The position numbers and the translations under genes were made by a program. This document shows positions 49,758 to 59,790 of a stretch of 64,000 bases of DNA, piece after piece. The stretch is taken from contig CAJTZW010000003.1 in assembly GCA_910584305.1 (NCBI GenBank), forward strand, positions 10,378 through 74,377. Reading direction: 5' to 3'. The notes below the pieces were generated by a model. The model ran no database searches. It was not told the DNA's origin and saw only the letters and a list, made by a program, of their open reading frames with translations. Position 1 is the first letter of the stretch; every line of letters starts with the position of its first letter. Source of the stretch: an uncultured Bacilli bacterium. Lineage in GTDB: Bacteria > Bacillota_I > Bacilli_A > RF39 > UBA660.

Positions 49758-50057
49758 ATTATCACCTAGACCTATTATAGCATATCAACAAATATAATAG
49801 AGCAAATCATTTAATAAAGATTCATTTTCAATTCGGTTAATTGCAAAACACTTTTGTCCTAAATCTTTAAAAAAAGCACCACAATGATATAAAACTTTCT
49901 ACTGTGAATAATTTCAAGGTTATCATACTATTTTTCATACCTCTCTATATCATATTTATTATAATCACTTGTAACTATCATATATTTCTCCTATCTAAGT
50001 AATTTTGCAAACGTGTCTGCAAAATTATAATTACAACTTGATATTGGTTTACCAATA

Positions 50058-50189
50058 TCATAGTTTGTTTACCATATTGCCATTACACCTGGTAACAGAT
50101 ACATCACTATCAATCATTACTTGTTTTCCTCTTACTTCATAAATTAAATTTTCAATCTTTACGTTTTCATCACTTGTTAATTCATTCAT
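50058..50189 (-). pseudogene. remnant of an ORF6N-domain (phage-associated) gene, 43 codons
   Basis: MNELTSDENVKIENLIYEVRGKQVMIDSDVSV.. matches the characteristic ORF6N N-terminus (..IY.iRGq.VMlDsDLA..) and then terminates. Adjacent frames hold further decayed pieces. Confidence 0.3.
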
Positions 50190-50299
50190 TTTCTATCAAC
50201 TGTCTTTTACTGATTTTATTTTCAATATATTCTAAATTTTTAATAGAGTTATTTCTCCTTAATAATTCCATTTGTTTTTTAGCAATATCATTTAATCAA

Positions 50300-51061
50300 T
50301 TAATCTTCAGATTGCGGTATTCCCATTTTAATTAGTTCAGAATTAATATTTTCTAAATTACTTAATATTACTAAATGAAGTAAGTCTGTGTAATCTCTCA
50401 TATTTCCTTCTTCTGCTAATTGTGGATTATTATCTCTCCATTCTTTAGCAGTTATACCGAATAATGCGACATTTAAAACTTCTGCTTCTTCTGCATATGC
50501 AAATTTCTTTTGTTTTTCTGTTAACGTAGGAACAATCATACTTTTTATAGCATCAGTATGAACTATATAACTAACTTTAGCTAAGATTCTATTAGCATGC
50601 CAATCTATTTTATTTTGATATGCTTCATTTTTCTTTAGTCTTTGAAACTCTTGAATTACATATAGCTTAAATTCCGGACTTAACCAACTTGCAAATTCTA
50701 ACGCAATATCACTTCTTACAAACGTTCCACCATTATTACCAGACTTTGAAATCATTCCAATTGCATTTGTTTCCTTAATCCACTTTTGCGGAGAAATTTT
50801 AAATTTATTACTACCAGCTTCGTTTTTAAACGTGTCGAATTCGACACCTTTGAAATTTTCATTATGAATGCTTTCCCATAATCCTAAGTATGAAATCACA
50901 TCTTTATTTCTCATCCAATTTTGTATAGGATATCTTGGATCATAGCTATCGGCATATCTTGCCAAATCTGTTAAAGAAATATATTCCTTATTATCTATTC
51001 TTATTGCATTAATAATTTGTTCTTTTACTACCATTTGGATTTTTACATTATCTTTATCCAT
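50300..51061 (-). CDS. KilA-N domain protein (phage antirepressor-like)
   Basis: ..ISLTDLARYAD...NWMRNKDVISYLGLWESIHNENFKGVEFDTFKNEAGSNKFKISPQKWIKETNAIGMISKSG..GTFVRSDIALEFASWLSPEFKLYVIQEFQRL.. is the KilA-N/APSES-like domain of Firmicutes/Bacteroidetes prophage proteins. Confidence 0.55.
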   Translation of the reverse strand: MDKDNVKIQMVVKEQIINAIRIDNKEYISLTDLARYADSYDPRYPIQNWMRNKDVISYLGLWESIHNENFKGVEFDTFKNEAGSNKFKISPQKWIKETNAIGMISKSGNNGGTFVRSDIALEFASWLSPEFKLYVIQEFQRLKKNEAYQNKIDWHANRILAKVSYIVHTDAIKSMIVPTLTEKQKKFAYAEEAEVLNVALFGITAKEWRDNNPQLAEEGNMRDYTDLLHLVILSNLENINSELIKMGIPQSED

Positions 51062-51255
51062 AATTCACAATCCTTTCGTGTCATTTGGTTACGAATATTT
51101 CACTATCCAACATAACTTGCTTTCCATACACTTCATATATATATATTCTCAATTTCCATTTCAGTAACGATATTATTCATAGTGTCCTCCTTTATCATAT
51201 CATTCTATATAAATAACAACAAAACCTAAAAAAAATCCTACAAATAGTAGAATTT

Positions 51256-54200
51256 TTAAAATAATGTTAATTGACTAGATTCATCCATTCCATCTAAAAT
51301 TCCCATCATACGCATTTTATCAATAAGTGTTTGTGATATTTTAGCTCTTTTTTGTAAATCTTCAATACTGATAAATTCGCCTTTTTCACGTTCTGCAACT
51401 ATATTTTGCGCAACAGCCTCTCCTAGACCATCAATCGCATTAAAGGGAGGCAATACTTCTGTATCACTAACAGCTTTCCATACCATCGCCTCACTTTGAT
51501 ACAAATCAATATTTAAAAACTTCATATTTCTTGCCGTCGCTTCCAAAGCAATCTTTAAACTTTCAAGCTGACCATTTTCTTTGTTCGTAGCTTCATATCC
51601 TTTATTTTGAATTTCAATAATTCTCGTTTTTATCGCATCATATCCATGAATCATTGCTTCAACGTCTACATCTGTTGCTTTTGATGAGTACCAAGAAGCG
51701 TAGAAATAAACTGGCATATGCACTTTATACCATGCAATACGGAAGGCACTGATGACATAAGCAGCCGCGTGTGCCTTAGGGAACATGTACTTAATCTTTT
51801 GACAAGAGCCAATAAACCAATCTGGAATATTGGCGTCTTCCATTATTTTCTTATGTTCTTTCCAGGTTTCAGGATCTTTACTGGCCTTTCCTTTACGAAC
51901 AAACTCCATAATTTTAAATGCCTTAATTGGTTTAACACCCTTATACATTAGATACACCATAATATCATCACGACAGCCAATCGTCTCCTTAAACGGAACA
52001 ACATTATTTTGAATCAGCTCTTGTGCATTCCCAAGCCAAACATCAGTACCATGTGAAAGACCTGAGATTTTGACAAGCTCTGCGAATGTTGTAGGTTTTG
52101 TATCTTCAACAAGTTTAATCGTAAAAGGGGTACCAAATTCTGGAATACCAAGCGTTCCTGTGTTACACATAATTTGTTCTTTGGTAACACCTAACGCATC
52201 GGTAGAAGTAAATATACTCATCGTATCTTTGTCATCCATTGGCACTTTCATAATATCCGTACCAGATTGTAATTGGATTAGACGGAGTTGTGTTGGATCA
52301 GAATGGCCTAGAATATCTAGTTTTAAAACACATTCTTCAATAGAGTGATAATCAAAGTGTGTTGTTCTCCATGCAGAAGTTGGGTCCTCTGCTGGAAATT
52401 GAAATGGTGTAAAATCAAAGCAATCCATATAATCAGGAATAACGACAATTCCCCCAGGGTGCTGTCCTGTCGTTCTTTTAACGCCTGTACATCCTTGTGC
52501 TAAACGCTCCACTTCAGCAGTTCGCATCACAATATTTTTTTCTTCACAATACCCTTTAACAAATCCAAAGGCTGTCTTATCAGCCACAGTACCAATGGTC
52601 CCCGCTCTATATACATTATCCGCACCAAACAGTACCTTCGTATACGCATGCGTACTTGCTTGATTCAAATCAGAGAAATTAAGATCAATATCTGGAACCT
52701 TATCAGCATTAAATCCAAGAAAAGTCGCAAACGGCATATCCTGACCATCTTTTAATAAAGGAATATTGCAGTGTGGACACATTTTATCCGGCAAATCAAA
52801 CCCAGAAGAATAGGTAGCTCCTAGTGAAGTTCCATTCTCATCTTCAAAGATACTCATTTTACACTTACTACAACGATAATGTGCAGATAACGGGTTAACC
52901 TCTGTAATTCCCATCATTGTTGCCACAAAACTTGAACCTACAGAACCACGAGATCCAACGAGGAAACCCTCATCATTGGAGTGTTTTACAAGCCTTTGTG
53001 CAATCAGATAAATAGGATCAAAACCCGCTCCGATGACACCACCAAGTGATTTCTTTAATTTCTTATCTAACTCCTCTTCACTTAAAGTCTCTTCTGATGT
53101 TTCTTTTAAATACTCACGTACAAGTGATTTTACGGCATCACTACCCTCTAAAATAACTTCATGAAGTCTCTTAAATGCTTCCTTTTGAAGAGTCTCTCCA
53201 TTTAAATCAGTAAGCTTACTCTTAATAGAATTTAATACAATATCTCCATATAATTCAGTTGCAATTCTCTCTTCAATTGAATATGGTAGAGGTTCTCCAT
53301 ACCAATCCTTTGCCTTATCATATACAAGGTCTGTAACCACCCTTGGGCAATCTAGATAACTTCCTCCATCATCGCTTTTTACCCTTGGGGAAAACGGTGT
53401 CCCACCAGTATCTGGAATTACCTCAATCTCATCTACCATATCAAGGACCTTATTGGTATTTGTAACTACAATCTCATATGCCAAATCAGTACCTAAAAAA
53501 GCAAAATCATTTAACATTTCCCTAGTCGTTCTAAAATGTTGTGATGGTATATTTTTAATATCCTTTTTCGCAAGAGGGTGTCTTCCGCCCCCAGGAACTT
53601 TTTGATTGACAATAATTTCCCTATAGATTTTATCTTCTCTAGTAAAGTGATGAACATCCCCCGTTGCAACAATAATCTTTCCTGCAGATATTGTTGCATC
53701 AACAATTTTTTTAAGATGACTTTCAAGTTCTCCCTTATCCTTAAAATCTCCAAGTTGTAATAAATGATCATATACCTCTGGTGGCTGTACCTCTACATAA
53801 TCATAAAAGTTAATAATATTGGTTAATTCTTCTCCCTCTTTACTCCTAGCTTCAGTAAAGACTTCAGACTCGTAACATCCACTACCAATAATAAGGCCTT
53901 CTCTAAGTTCCTCTAGTTTACTACGAAGAATTCTAGGAGTCTTATATAAATACACCGTATTAGCAAGAGAAATAATCGTAAATAAATTCTTAAGCCCTGT
54001 TTTATTAAGTGCAATAGCATTAAAGTGAAACGTACGACCAAACTTATAAATTTCATCCTTAGAAATAAGTTTATCCAAATCGCTGATTTTCTCATATTTT
54101 TGTGCTTCTAATTTCTTTAACATCTTGTGAAAAACAAGTGCTGTTCCTTCAGCATCATAGTCTGCCCTATGATGAGCATCCTCATCCCATGGTACATTAT

Positions 54201-56025
54201 AACGTTTTACCAATGCAGAAAGTCCATGTCTCGCATATCCTTGATCAAGTGTACGAGAAAGTTCAAGCGTATCAATCACAGTATTTTGAAAAGTTCCAAG
54301 ATTATATTTTTTCATTGCCATTTCAATAAACGAAATATCAAATTTGGCATTATGCGCAACCATTGGTGCATCCGAAGCCCATGATAAAAATCTTTTTGTA
54401 ACTTCTTCTTCATTATCTTTTCCTTGAACCATTTCATCTGTAATACAGGTAAGTTCTGTAATCTTATCTGGAATATGTCTCCCTGGATCAATCAATTCAT
54501 CAAAACGGTCAATAATATCCCCATTTTGGATTTTAACAGCACCAATCTCAATCATCTGATCAGCCCCACCTGCATTAAAACCAGTAGTTTCTGTATCAAA
54601 TACAACATAAGTACTATCCATAAGTGGTGCATCCGTAGGACGTACAACAATATTTACAGTATCATCTACAAGGGTAAGCTCTGTTCCATACAATCCCTTA
54701 AAAATAGGAGGATTTTTTTGCAATTCCCTCTGTTGATCTAGTTCACGTTGTAATTCTGTCTTAACACCATCATCATCTTCTTCCGCTATCTTACTTTCTA
54801 ACTCCTCTATTTTAGCCTGTATATCTTTACGAATCTTTTTATTATAAGACTTTATAATTCCAAACGAGATAGGAAATGCTTGACAGCCACTATGATCTGT
54901 AATTGCAACTCCCCTATATCCCATTTCAATTGTTTTTTCCACAAGTTCACAAGTATGTTTTCCCAAATCCAATTTGGTAACTCCATCCATACCACTCATC
55001 ATTGTATGGGCATGAAGTTCTACTCTTTTTATAGGAGCATCATCAATAATCTTTTGTTCAAAAGACTTTTCTAAAGTATTAATATCCCGAATCGTAAGAC
55101 TAATATCTTGATTATATTGGTCTTTATCTTTTACAGTAGCACGTATTTTATGCCATGTTTTCTTTTTTATCTTTTTAGCGATAATATTGAATTCATCATC
55201 ATCATGTACAAAAAGTGTCCCATAAATACTATCAGTAAAATCTGTTATTTTTAAAGAAATAATATGAAGGCCTGTTTTAGTTTCACGGAAATCTGGATCT
55301 GCAAATATATATCCCTCAATGGTAACAGTCCCTCCAGGGCTTACTACGGTATCAAGTCGAACAGGAGTATCATCAATTTCTCTACCAACAATAATCTTTT
55401 GATTTTCTGGATCACTAATTAAAGGTGACCGCTTATAATCCTTTGGAATAAAGCGCTTCTTGCCTTCATTCACTGAAGGAGTTTCCTCACTTACTTCTGG
55501 TATAATTACAGGAGCCTCTAGTTCCTTATGAATTTCTTCAATAGTTTCTAAATCCCTCTCTGCATCAATCATAGTTTCAATCTGATATGAAAAACCACAT
55601 GTGTGCAAATCCTTTTCAAGGGACAGCTGAATACTATCAAATTTCATTTTCTCTGCTAAATTATTTAATACAATATGAAGTTTTTCCTTTACATAAATAG
55701 GCTTATCCAAAAACATTTGTAATAAAGGAGAATTTTTACTATATAAATCAATAAAATAACGATAATACTCCGCAATTAAATCCTGATTAATACACTTTAC
55801 CTCTATAGAAATATTCACAGAAAAATTAGAATATGTAGACGTAAGCAATTCTAAAAAATGCGTATATAAAGAAACTGGTAAATTAGTTGGCAACTCTATG
55901 AAAAATACATAAGTATCCTTTGCTCGATTCCCAACTATTTTAGAAAGAACACCCTTTTCAAAATAAGAATAAAATTGTTCCTCTATACCAATTTGACGTA
56001 ATAATAATTCTAATTTCTCATTCAT
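51256..56025 (-). CDS. polC: DNA polymerase III PolC-type (about 1589 aa)
   Basis: OB domain, split PHP, DEDD exonuclease (..VVFDTETTG..; ..HRADYDAEGT..), Zn-finger CX2C..CX2C, polymerase core GSRGSVGSSFVA.., tandem HhH. Start set at MNEKLEL (GGTGGAAG SD). Confidence 0.9.
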   Translation of the reverse strand: MNEKLELLLRQIGIEEQFYSYFEKGVLSKIVGNRAKDTYVFFIELPTNLPVSLYTHFLELLTSTYSNFSVNISIEVKCINQDLIAEYYRYFIDLYSKNSPLLQMFLDKPIYVKEKLHIVLNNLAEKMKFDSIQLSLEKDLHTCGFSYQIETMIDAERDLETIEEIHKELEAPVIIPEVSEETPSVNEGKKRFIPKDYKRSPLISDPENQKIIVGREIDDTPVRLDTVVSPGGTVTIEGYIFADPDFRETKTGLHIISLKITDFTDSIYGTLFVHDDDEFNIIAKKIKKKTWHKIRATVKDKDQYNQDISLTIRDINTLEKSFEQKIIDDAPIKRVELHAHTMMSGMDGVTKLDLGKHTCELVEKTIEMGYRGVAITDHSGCQAFPISFGIIKSYNKKIRKDIQAKIEELESKIAEEDDDGVKTELQRELDQQRELQKNPPIFKGLYGTELTLVDDTVNIVVRPTDAPLMDSTYVVFDTETTGFNAGGADQMIEIGAVKIQNGDIIDRFDELIDPGRHIPDKITELTCITDEMVQGKDNEEEVTKRFLSWASDAPMVAHNAKFDISFIEMAMKKYNLGTFQNTVIDTLELSRTLDQGYARHGLSALVKRYNVPWDEDAHHRADYDAEGTALVFHKMLKKLEAQKYEKISDLDKLISKDEIYKFGRTFHFNAIALNKTGLKNLFTIISLANTVYLYKTPRILRSKLEELREGLIIGSGCYESEVFTEARSKEGEELTNIINFYDYVEVQPPEVYDHLLQLGDFKDKGELESHLKKIVDATISAGKIIVATGDVHHFTREDKIYREIIVNQKVPGGGRHPLAKKDIKNIPSQHFRTTREMLNDFAFLGTDLAYEIVVTNTNKVLDMVDEIEVIPDTGGTPFSPRVKSDDGGSYLDCPRVVTDLVYDKAKDWYGEPLPYSIEERIATELYGDIVLNSIKSKLTDLNGETLQKEAFKRLHEVILEGSDAVKSLVREYLKETSEETLSEEELDKKLKKSLGGVIGAGFDPIYLIAQRLVKHSNDEGFLVGSRGSVGSSFVATMMGITEVNPLSAHYRCSKCKMSIFEDENGTSLGATYSSGFDLPDKMCPHCNIPLLKDGQDMPFATFLGFNADKVPDIDLNFSDLNQASTHAYTKVLFGADNVYRAGTIGTVADKTAFGFVKGYCEEKNIVMRTAEVERLAQGCTGVKRTTGQHPGGIVVIPDYMDCFDFTPFQFPAEDPTSAWRTTHFDYHSIEECVLKLDILGHSDPTQLRLIQLQSGTDIMKVPMDDKDTMSIFTSTDALGVTKEQIMCNTGTLGIPEFGTPFTIKLVEDTKPTTFAELVKISGLSHGTDVWLGNAQELIQNNVVPFKETIGCRDDIMVYLMYKGVKPIKAFKIMEFVRKGKASKDPETWKEHKKIMEDANIPDWFIGSCQKIKYMFPKAHAAAYVISAFRIAWYKVHMPVYFYASWYSSKATDVDVEAMIHGYDAIKTRIIEIQNKGYEATNKENGQLESLKIALEATARNMKFLNIDLYQSEAMVWKAVSDTEVLPPFNAIDGLGEAVAQNIVAEREKGEFISIEDLQKRAKISQTLIDKMRMMGILDGMDESSQLTLF

Positions 56026-56094
56026 AACTTCCACCAATATCATTATAGCAAAATTCATTTAAAGAATAAATAACTTTTACGAAAAAGACACCTA

Positions 56095-57624
56095 TCAAAG
56101 GGTGTCCAAATTAAATGCATCCGTAATTTCATAAATCCAATATGATTCTGAATTCAAACCTACAGGACTTGTATAAATGAGTTCAATCCAACCCTGGTCA
56201 AGTAATTCATCCATATATGAATCATATTCAAATAAAAAATATCTACTATATAAAATATAAACATTATCATGTCGTTTCACATAATATCGTATTCCATCTA
56301 CAAAATCATCATACGTTACATATTTTCTCCAATATTCATCCCAAGGAACAAATGTAAAATTATCATAACGTATATTACTCCAGAAAATATTACGATGAAT
56401 ATAACCCGTAACAGAAGTCGCAACATAATCCACTGGACAAATAAATGAAGCACTCTCTAAATTCTCTTCAATATATAAAGAAGTATCTAAAGCTCCCGAA
56501 ACAGGATTCTCTATATCATACTTCAAAGTTTTATAACCATAAGGAATTGATATAAAACAAAAAATAACCAAAATAACTTCCCATACATAAAATACCCTAA
56601 ATGATGTCTTTCCTTTTTCACAATAATCATGATATAAAATCCAAGCAGCAAACATTATGTAAAAAAGAATCATTAACGTTCTTGGTGGTAATGAAAACCA
56701 TATAAATGTATGTACACAGAACAAAAATAGATAAGAAACAAAAACAATCAAGGTATACTTAAATGAAAATATAAGTCCAACTAGTAAAATAAGGAAAAAT
56801 ACTCCTAATATAATATATAATTTAGAAAACTCCATAATATATACACCAATAAACGAATTCACCTCATTCATAAATCCATATAAAAGTGTATAAAGGAAAT
56901 TTTGAAATGAATTTTCAGAATAATACCCACTATCATCCATAATACCCGTTACAATTGAGTTATTCCACAAACTATGACTAATTTGTAAATAACATACCAA
57001 AACACCAGCCAGAATAATTAAAATAGGAACAATATACTTTTTCTTATTAAAATCATGCCTCTTACTACAAATAGTCTCTATAAAAAATAACAACGACATA
57101 ATACCAACGAAGATAGACATTATAATATGCGAGTTGACAAGTAAAGCCAAAATGAATGCATATAAACACGGTCTCTCTAGTCGTTTTGAATAAGTCAGAC
57201 ATAAAAGACTCAATAAAAATGGGATAATAGCATACACCCTACTATTCACACTGAAAAAATACAAAAACGGAGAAGAAAAAACAATGGCTATTTTAACAGG
57301 TAAGTGAAATGGAGATTTAAATAAGATAATAGCTGCAGTCGCCAACATAAATCCAAAACTAACAAATCCCATAGTAATTGGGGGAAAACCTAGTTTAGCA
57401 AATGGCATTAAGATTATGTGCCACAAACAAGGATGACCTTCCCACTGCATCTGCTTTATAATATCAATAAAAGACAAATCTCTAGCAATATTCCATGCCT
57501 GAAATTCATCACGCCAAAATTCATGATAAAAAATAGAATATATCATAATACTAGAATATAATAAAAGAATAATACCATAAATAATGTACTGATACTTCAA
57601 CTTCTTCTCATTCAACATCCACAT
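56095..57624 (-). CDS. polytopic membrane protein, putative GT-C-fold glycosyltransferase (paralog of 62356-63876)
   Basis: About 12 TM plus about 130 aa C-terminal extracytoplasmic domain. Conserved acidic motif in the first loop (..FWRDEFQAWNIARDL...EGHPCLWH..) is shared with the paralog (..FRDEVQAWDIARDL...EGHPCLWH..), suggesting a GT-C-like lipid-linked-sugar transferase. Inferred only. Confidence 0.4.
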   Translation of the reverse strand: MWMLNEKKLKYQYIIYGIILLLYSSIMIYSIFYHEFWRDEFQAWNIARDLSFIDIIKQMQWEGHPCLWHIILMPFAKLGFPPITMGFVSFGFMLATAAIILFKSPFHLPVKIAIVFSSPFLYFFSVNSRVYAIIPFLLSLLCLTYSKRLERPCLYAFILALLVNSHIIMSIFVGIMSLLFFIETICSKRHDFNKKKYIVPILIILAGVLVCYLQISHSLWNNSIVTGIMDDSGYYSENSFQNFLYTLLYGFMNEVNSFIGVYIMEFSKLYIILGVFFLILLVGLIFSFKYTLIVFVSYLFLFCVHTFIWFSLPPRTLMILFYIMFAAWILYHDYCEKGKTSFRVFYVWEVILVIFCFISIPYGYKTLKYDIENPVSGALDTSLYIEENLESASFICPVDYVATSVTGYIHRNIFWSNIRYDNFTFVPWDEYWRKYVTYDDFVDGIRYYVKRHDNVYILYSRYFLFEYDSYMDELLDQGWIELIYTSPVGLNSESYWIYEITDAFNLDTL

Positions 57625-57710
57625 TCACAATTCCTTCCATTATAATAATCTTAAAAAGGCAATACAATATAATTAACGACTTAACTATACCATATTGCCC
57701 TAACAAATTA

Positions 57711-58133
57711 CTATTTTATAACACTATACTCGATAGATGTTGCACCACTTAAATCAATATCTACTGAACTAGAGATAACCCTAGTTTCACCATTTGGTAT
57801 TACATCTCCTACAAATCCAGAAAGTGTATACATAATACTTCCATCCGCTGCTTTTACAGCAATTGAAAATTCAACCAAATCATAATCTGCACCTGTATTA
57901 TTTGTAACCTCAGTTACTAATGTTGAAACACCATTGGTAACAGTAAGAGCTGTATTTCTCATCTGTAATCCATCGAATTCTTGATCCTTAATAACGTCTT
58001 CTGCTGTATTAATCACTGTCCCTGTATTAACTTCTGGATTCGTTGAATTACCATCTTCGCCTTTTTTACTACATCCACAACCTGTTGCCAATAAAGTTAA
58101 TCCAACAAGCCCTATTGCTAAAACCCTTTTCAT
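57711..58133 (-). CDS. small lipoprotein
   Basis: Signal plus lipobox LLATGC; T/S/V-rich beta-type domain. Confidence 0.55.
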   Translation of the reverse strand: MKRVLAIGLVGLTLLATGCGCSKKGEDGNSTNPEVNTGTVINTAEDVIKDQEFDGLQMRNTALTVTNGVSTLVTEVTNNTGADYDLVEFSIAVKAADGSIMYTLSGFVGDVIPNGETRVISSSVDIDLSGATSIEYSVIK

Positions 58134-58849
58134 TTTATTTATTCCCTCCTACCTTACTAAATATATTCTACACTATATCATAAAATTTATCAAGATATTT
58201 TGACTTTTTCACATTTTTATTTAATAAAATGTACTGCAATTATTACTCTAATTAGAATCCCATTCATATATTTTCAAATTGAATATACCACATTACCTAC
58301 TATAGTAAAACTTTATATGATTCACCCAAATATTGTATATGGAGAGACAAATATTTTCATAATCCAAGCACCTCCAGCATCATAAACTTTTGTTACTATA
58401 TAGTACCCTTCTTAAACTCTGTAGAGTAACACAAGTAGGATATGAGCAAGTATAATTTATAGGAAAATAAAATATATTCCCACTTCCCATACTAATTTAA
58501 AACTCAATATCACCATTCCACCTCTAGAATAAGCAAAATTAGTAGTCTGAGATGGAGGCATCTTTTAATTCTATAGCCTTTGTAACAGTATTTAAACCCA
58601 GTTCAAAAGCTCCCCTTCTAACCTTCCCTATCTATATCGAGTACCATTGGTACTGCAATAAACGCTATAATTGCTAATATAATAATTCGTACGAGTAATT
58701 CTATCAGTGCAAATCTTTTTTCATATAAAATATATCTATTGTTCTAGATGTATTGTATCATAGACTCCCATAGAATATAACTTATACCAAAAATCATTAC
58801 ATTTTTTTATCATAGTATAAAGTTAATGTTAATAACTTTTGTTTACTAT

Positions 58850-59473
58850 TTATTCTAGGAATTCTTTTTTTATATAGCTAAATTTCTTTTCAATTTGATG
58901 ATATGATAATTTTGCAATTTCTTCCCCTCTAAATATTTTACTAATTGATTCTTTAGAAGAGTATAAAGCATTTGATGCAATATCTAATACCTGATTACCC
59001 TTTTCTAAATAAGCATGATAGTTCCCACCACAGAAGAAATTGGGCATATAAGATAAAATAACTTGATAATCCTTGTTTTCTTTAACAAAATCATAGGTTC
59101 TTTCATAACATTTCCCCATTAATTTCCTATCAAAAATATACCTAGAATTTATAGTTGAAAATTGCTCACTCGCTTTGTATACCTCAATTTCTCCCATAAT
59201 TGTTTTCAAAACATATTTTGAATCAATTATATGTATCTCATACACACCTGGCCATTTTAAAGGATTAATACAATTGGTATATTCATTCTTCGTTGCCAAT
59301 AAATAGTATATGGCATTATGAATCGACATAGAATAATTAAACTTATATAAATTTAACAGCTCATTAAATTCCATCTCATATTCTGTACCTTTTAAATAAA
59401 AGTAATTATATAATAAGGATTCACTAAATTGTTCTATAATAGGATATGGTAAATCTTTTTTTGATAATTTCAA
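58850..59473 (-). CDS. hypothetical protein (207 aa)
   Basis: ORF with no recognisable motif. Confidence 0.35.
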   Translation of the reverse strand: MKLSKKDLPYPIIEQFSESLLYNYFYLKGTEYEMEFNELLNLYKFNYSMSIHNAIYYLLATKNEYTNCINPLKWPGVYEIHIIDSKYVLKTIMGEIEVYKASEQFSTINSRYIFDRKLMGKCYERTYDFVKENKDYQVILSYMPNFFCGGNYHAYLEKGNQVLDIASNALYSSKESISKIFRGEEIAKLSYHQIEKKFSYIKKEFLE

Positions 59474-59790
59474 AAGAACCTTTTTAACAATTAGTTCATT
59501 TTTTAAATTTGGCTTTTTCTCACGTAATTGTACTTATCTATAAAAATCTTCATATTTCATAATTTTTCTCCTAAAATTAGTTTTTAGTTACAACAAGATA
59601 TAGGAATACTCCACGAAACAATAAAGGACTTATAAAATAAGGATTTCTATTACTTATAGGTACACCAATAACTACTTTTGTACTTGCCAAAACCACTATA
59701 TCAATCTACTTTTTAGTTATGGACCCCATTGTACCCCATTTATCAATGGGGAGGTGGGTATATGTCAATAAACAAATTATTTTTACAATT

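Noticed and set aside
58200-58385. 61-aa plus ORF in the AT-rich gap
   Set aside because: No RBS, hydrophobic low-complexity composition, not near any promoter-like element.
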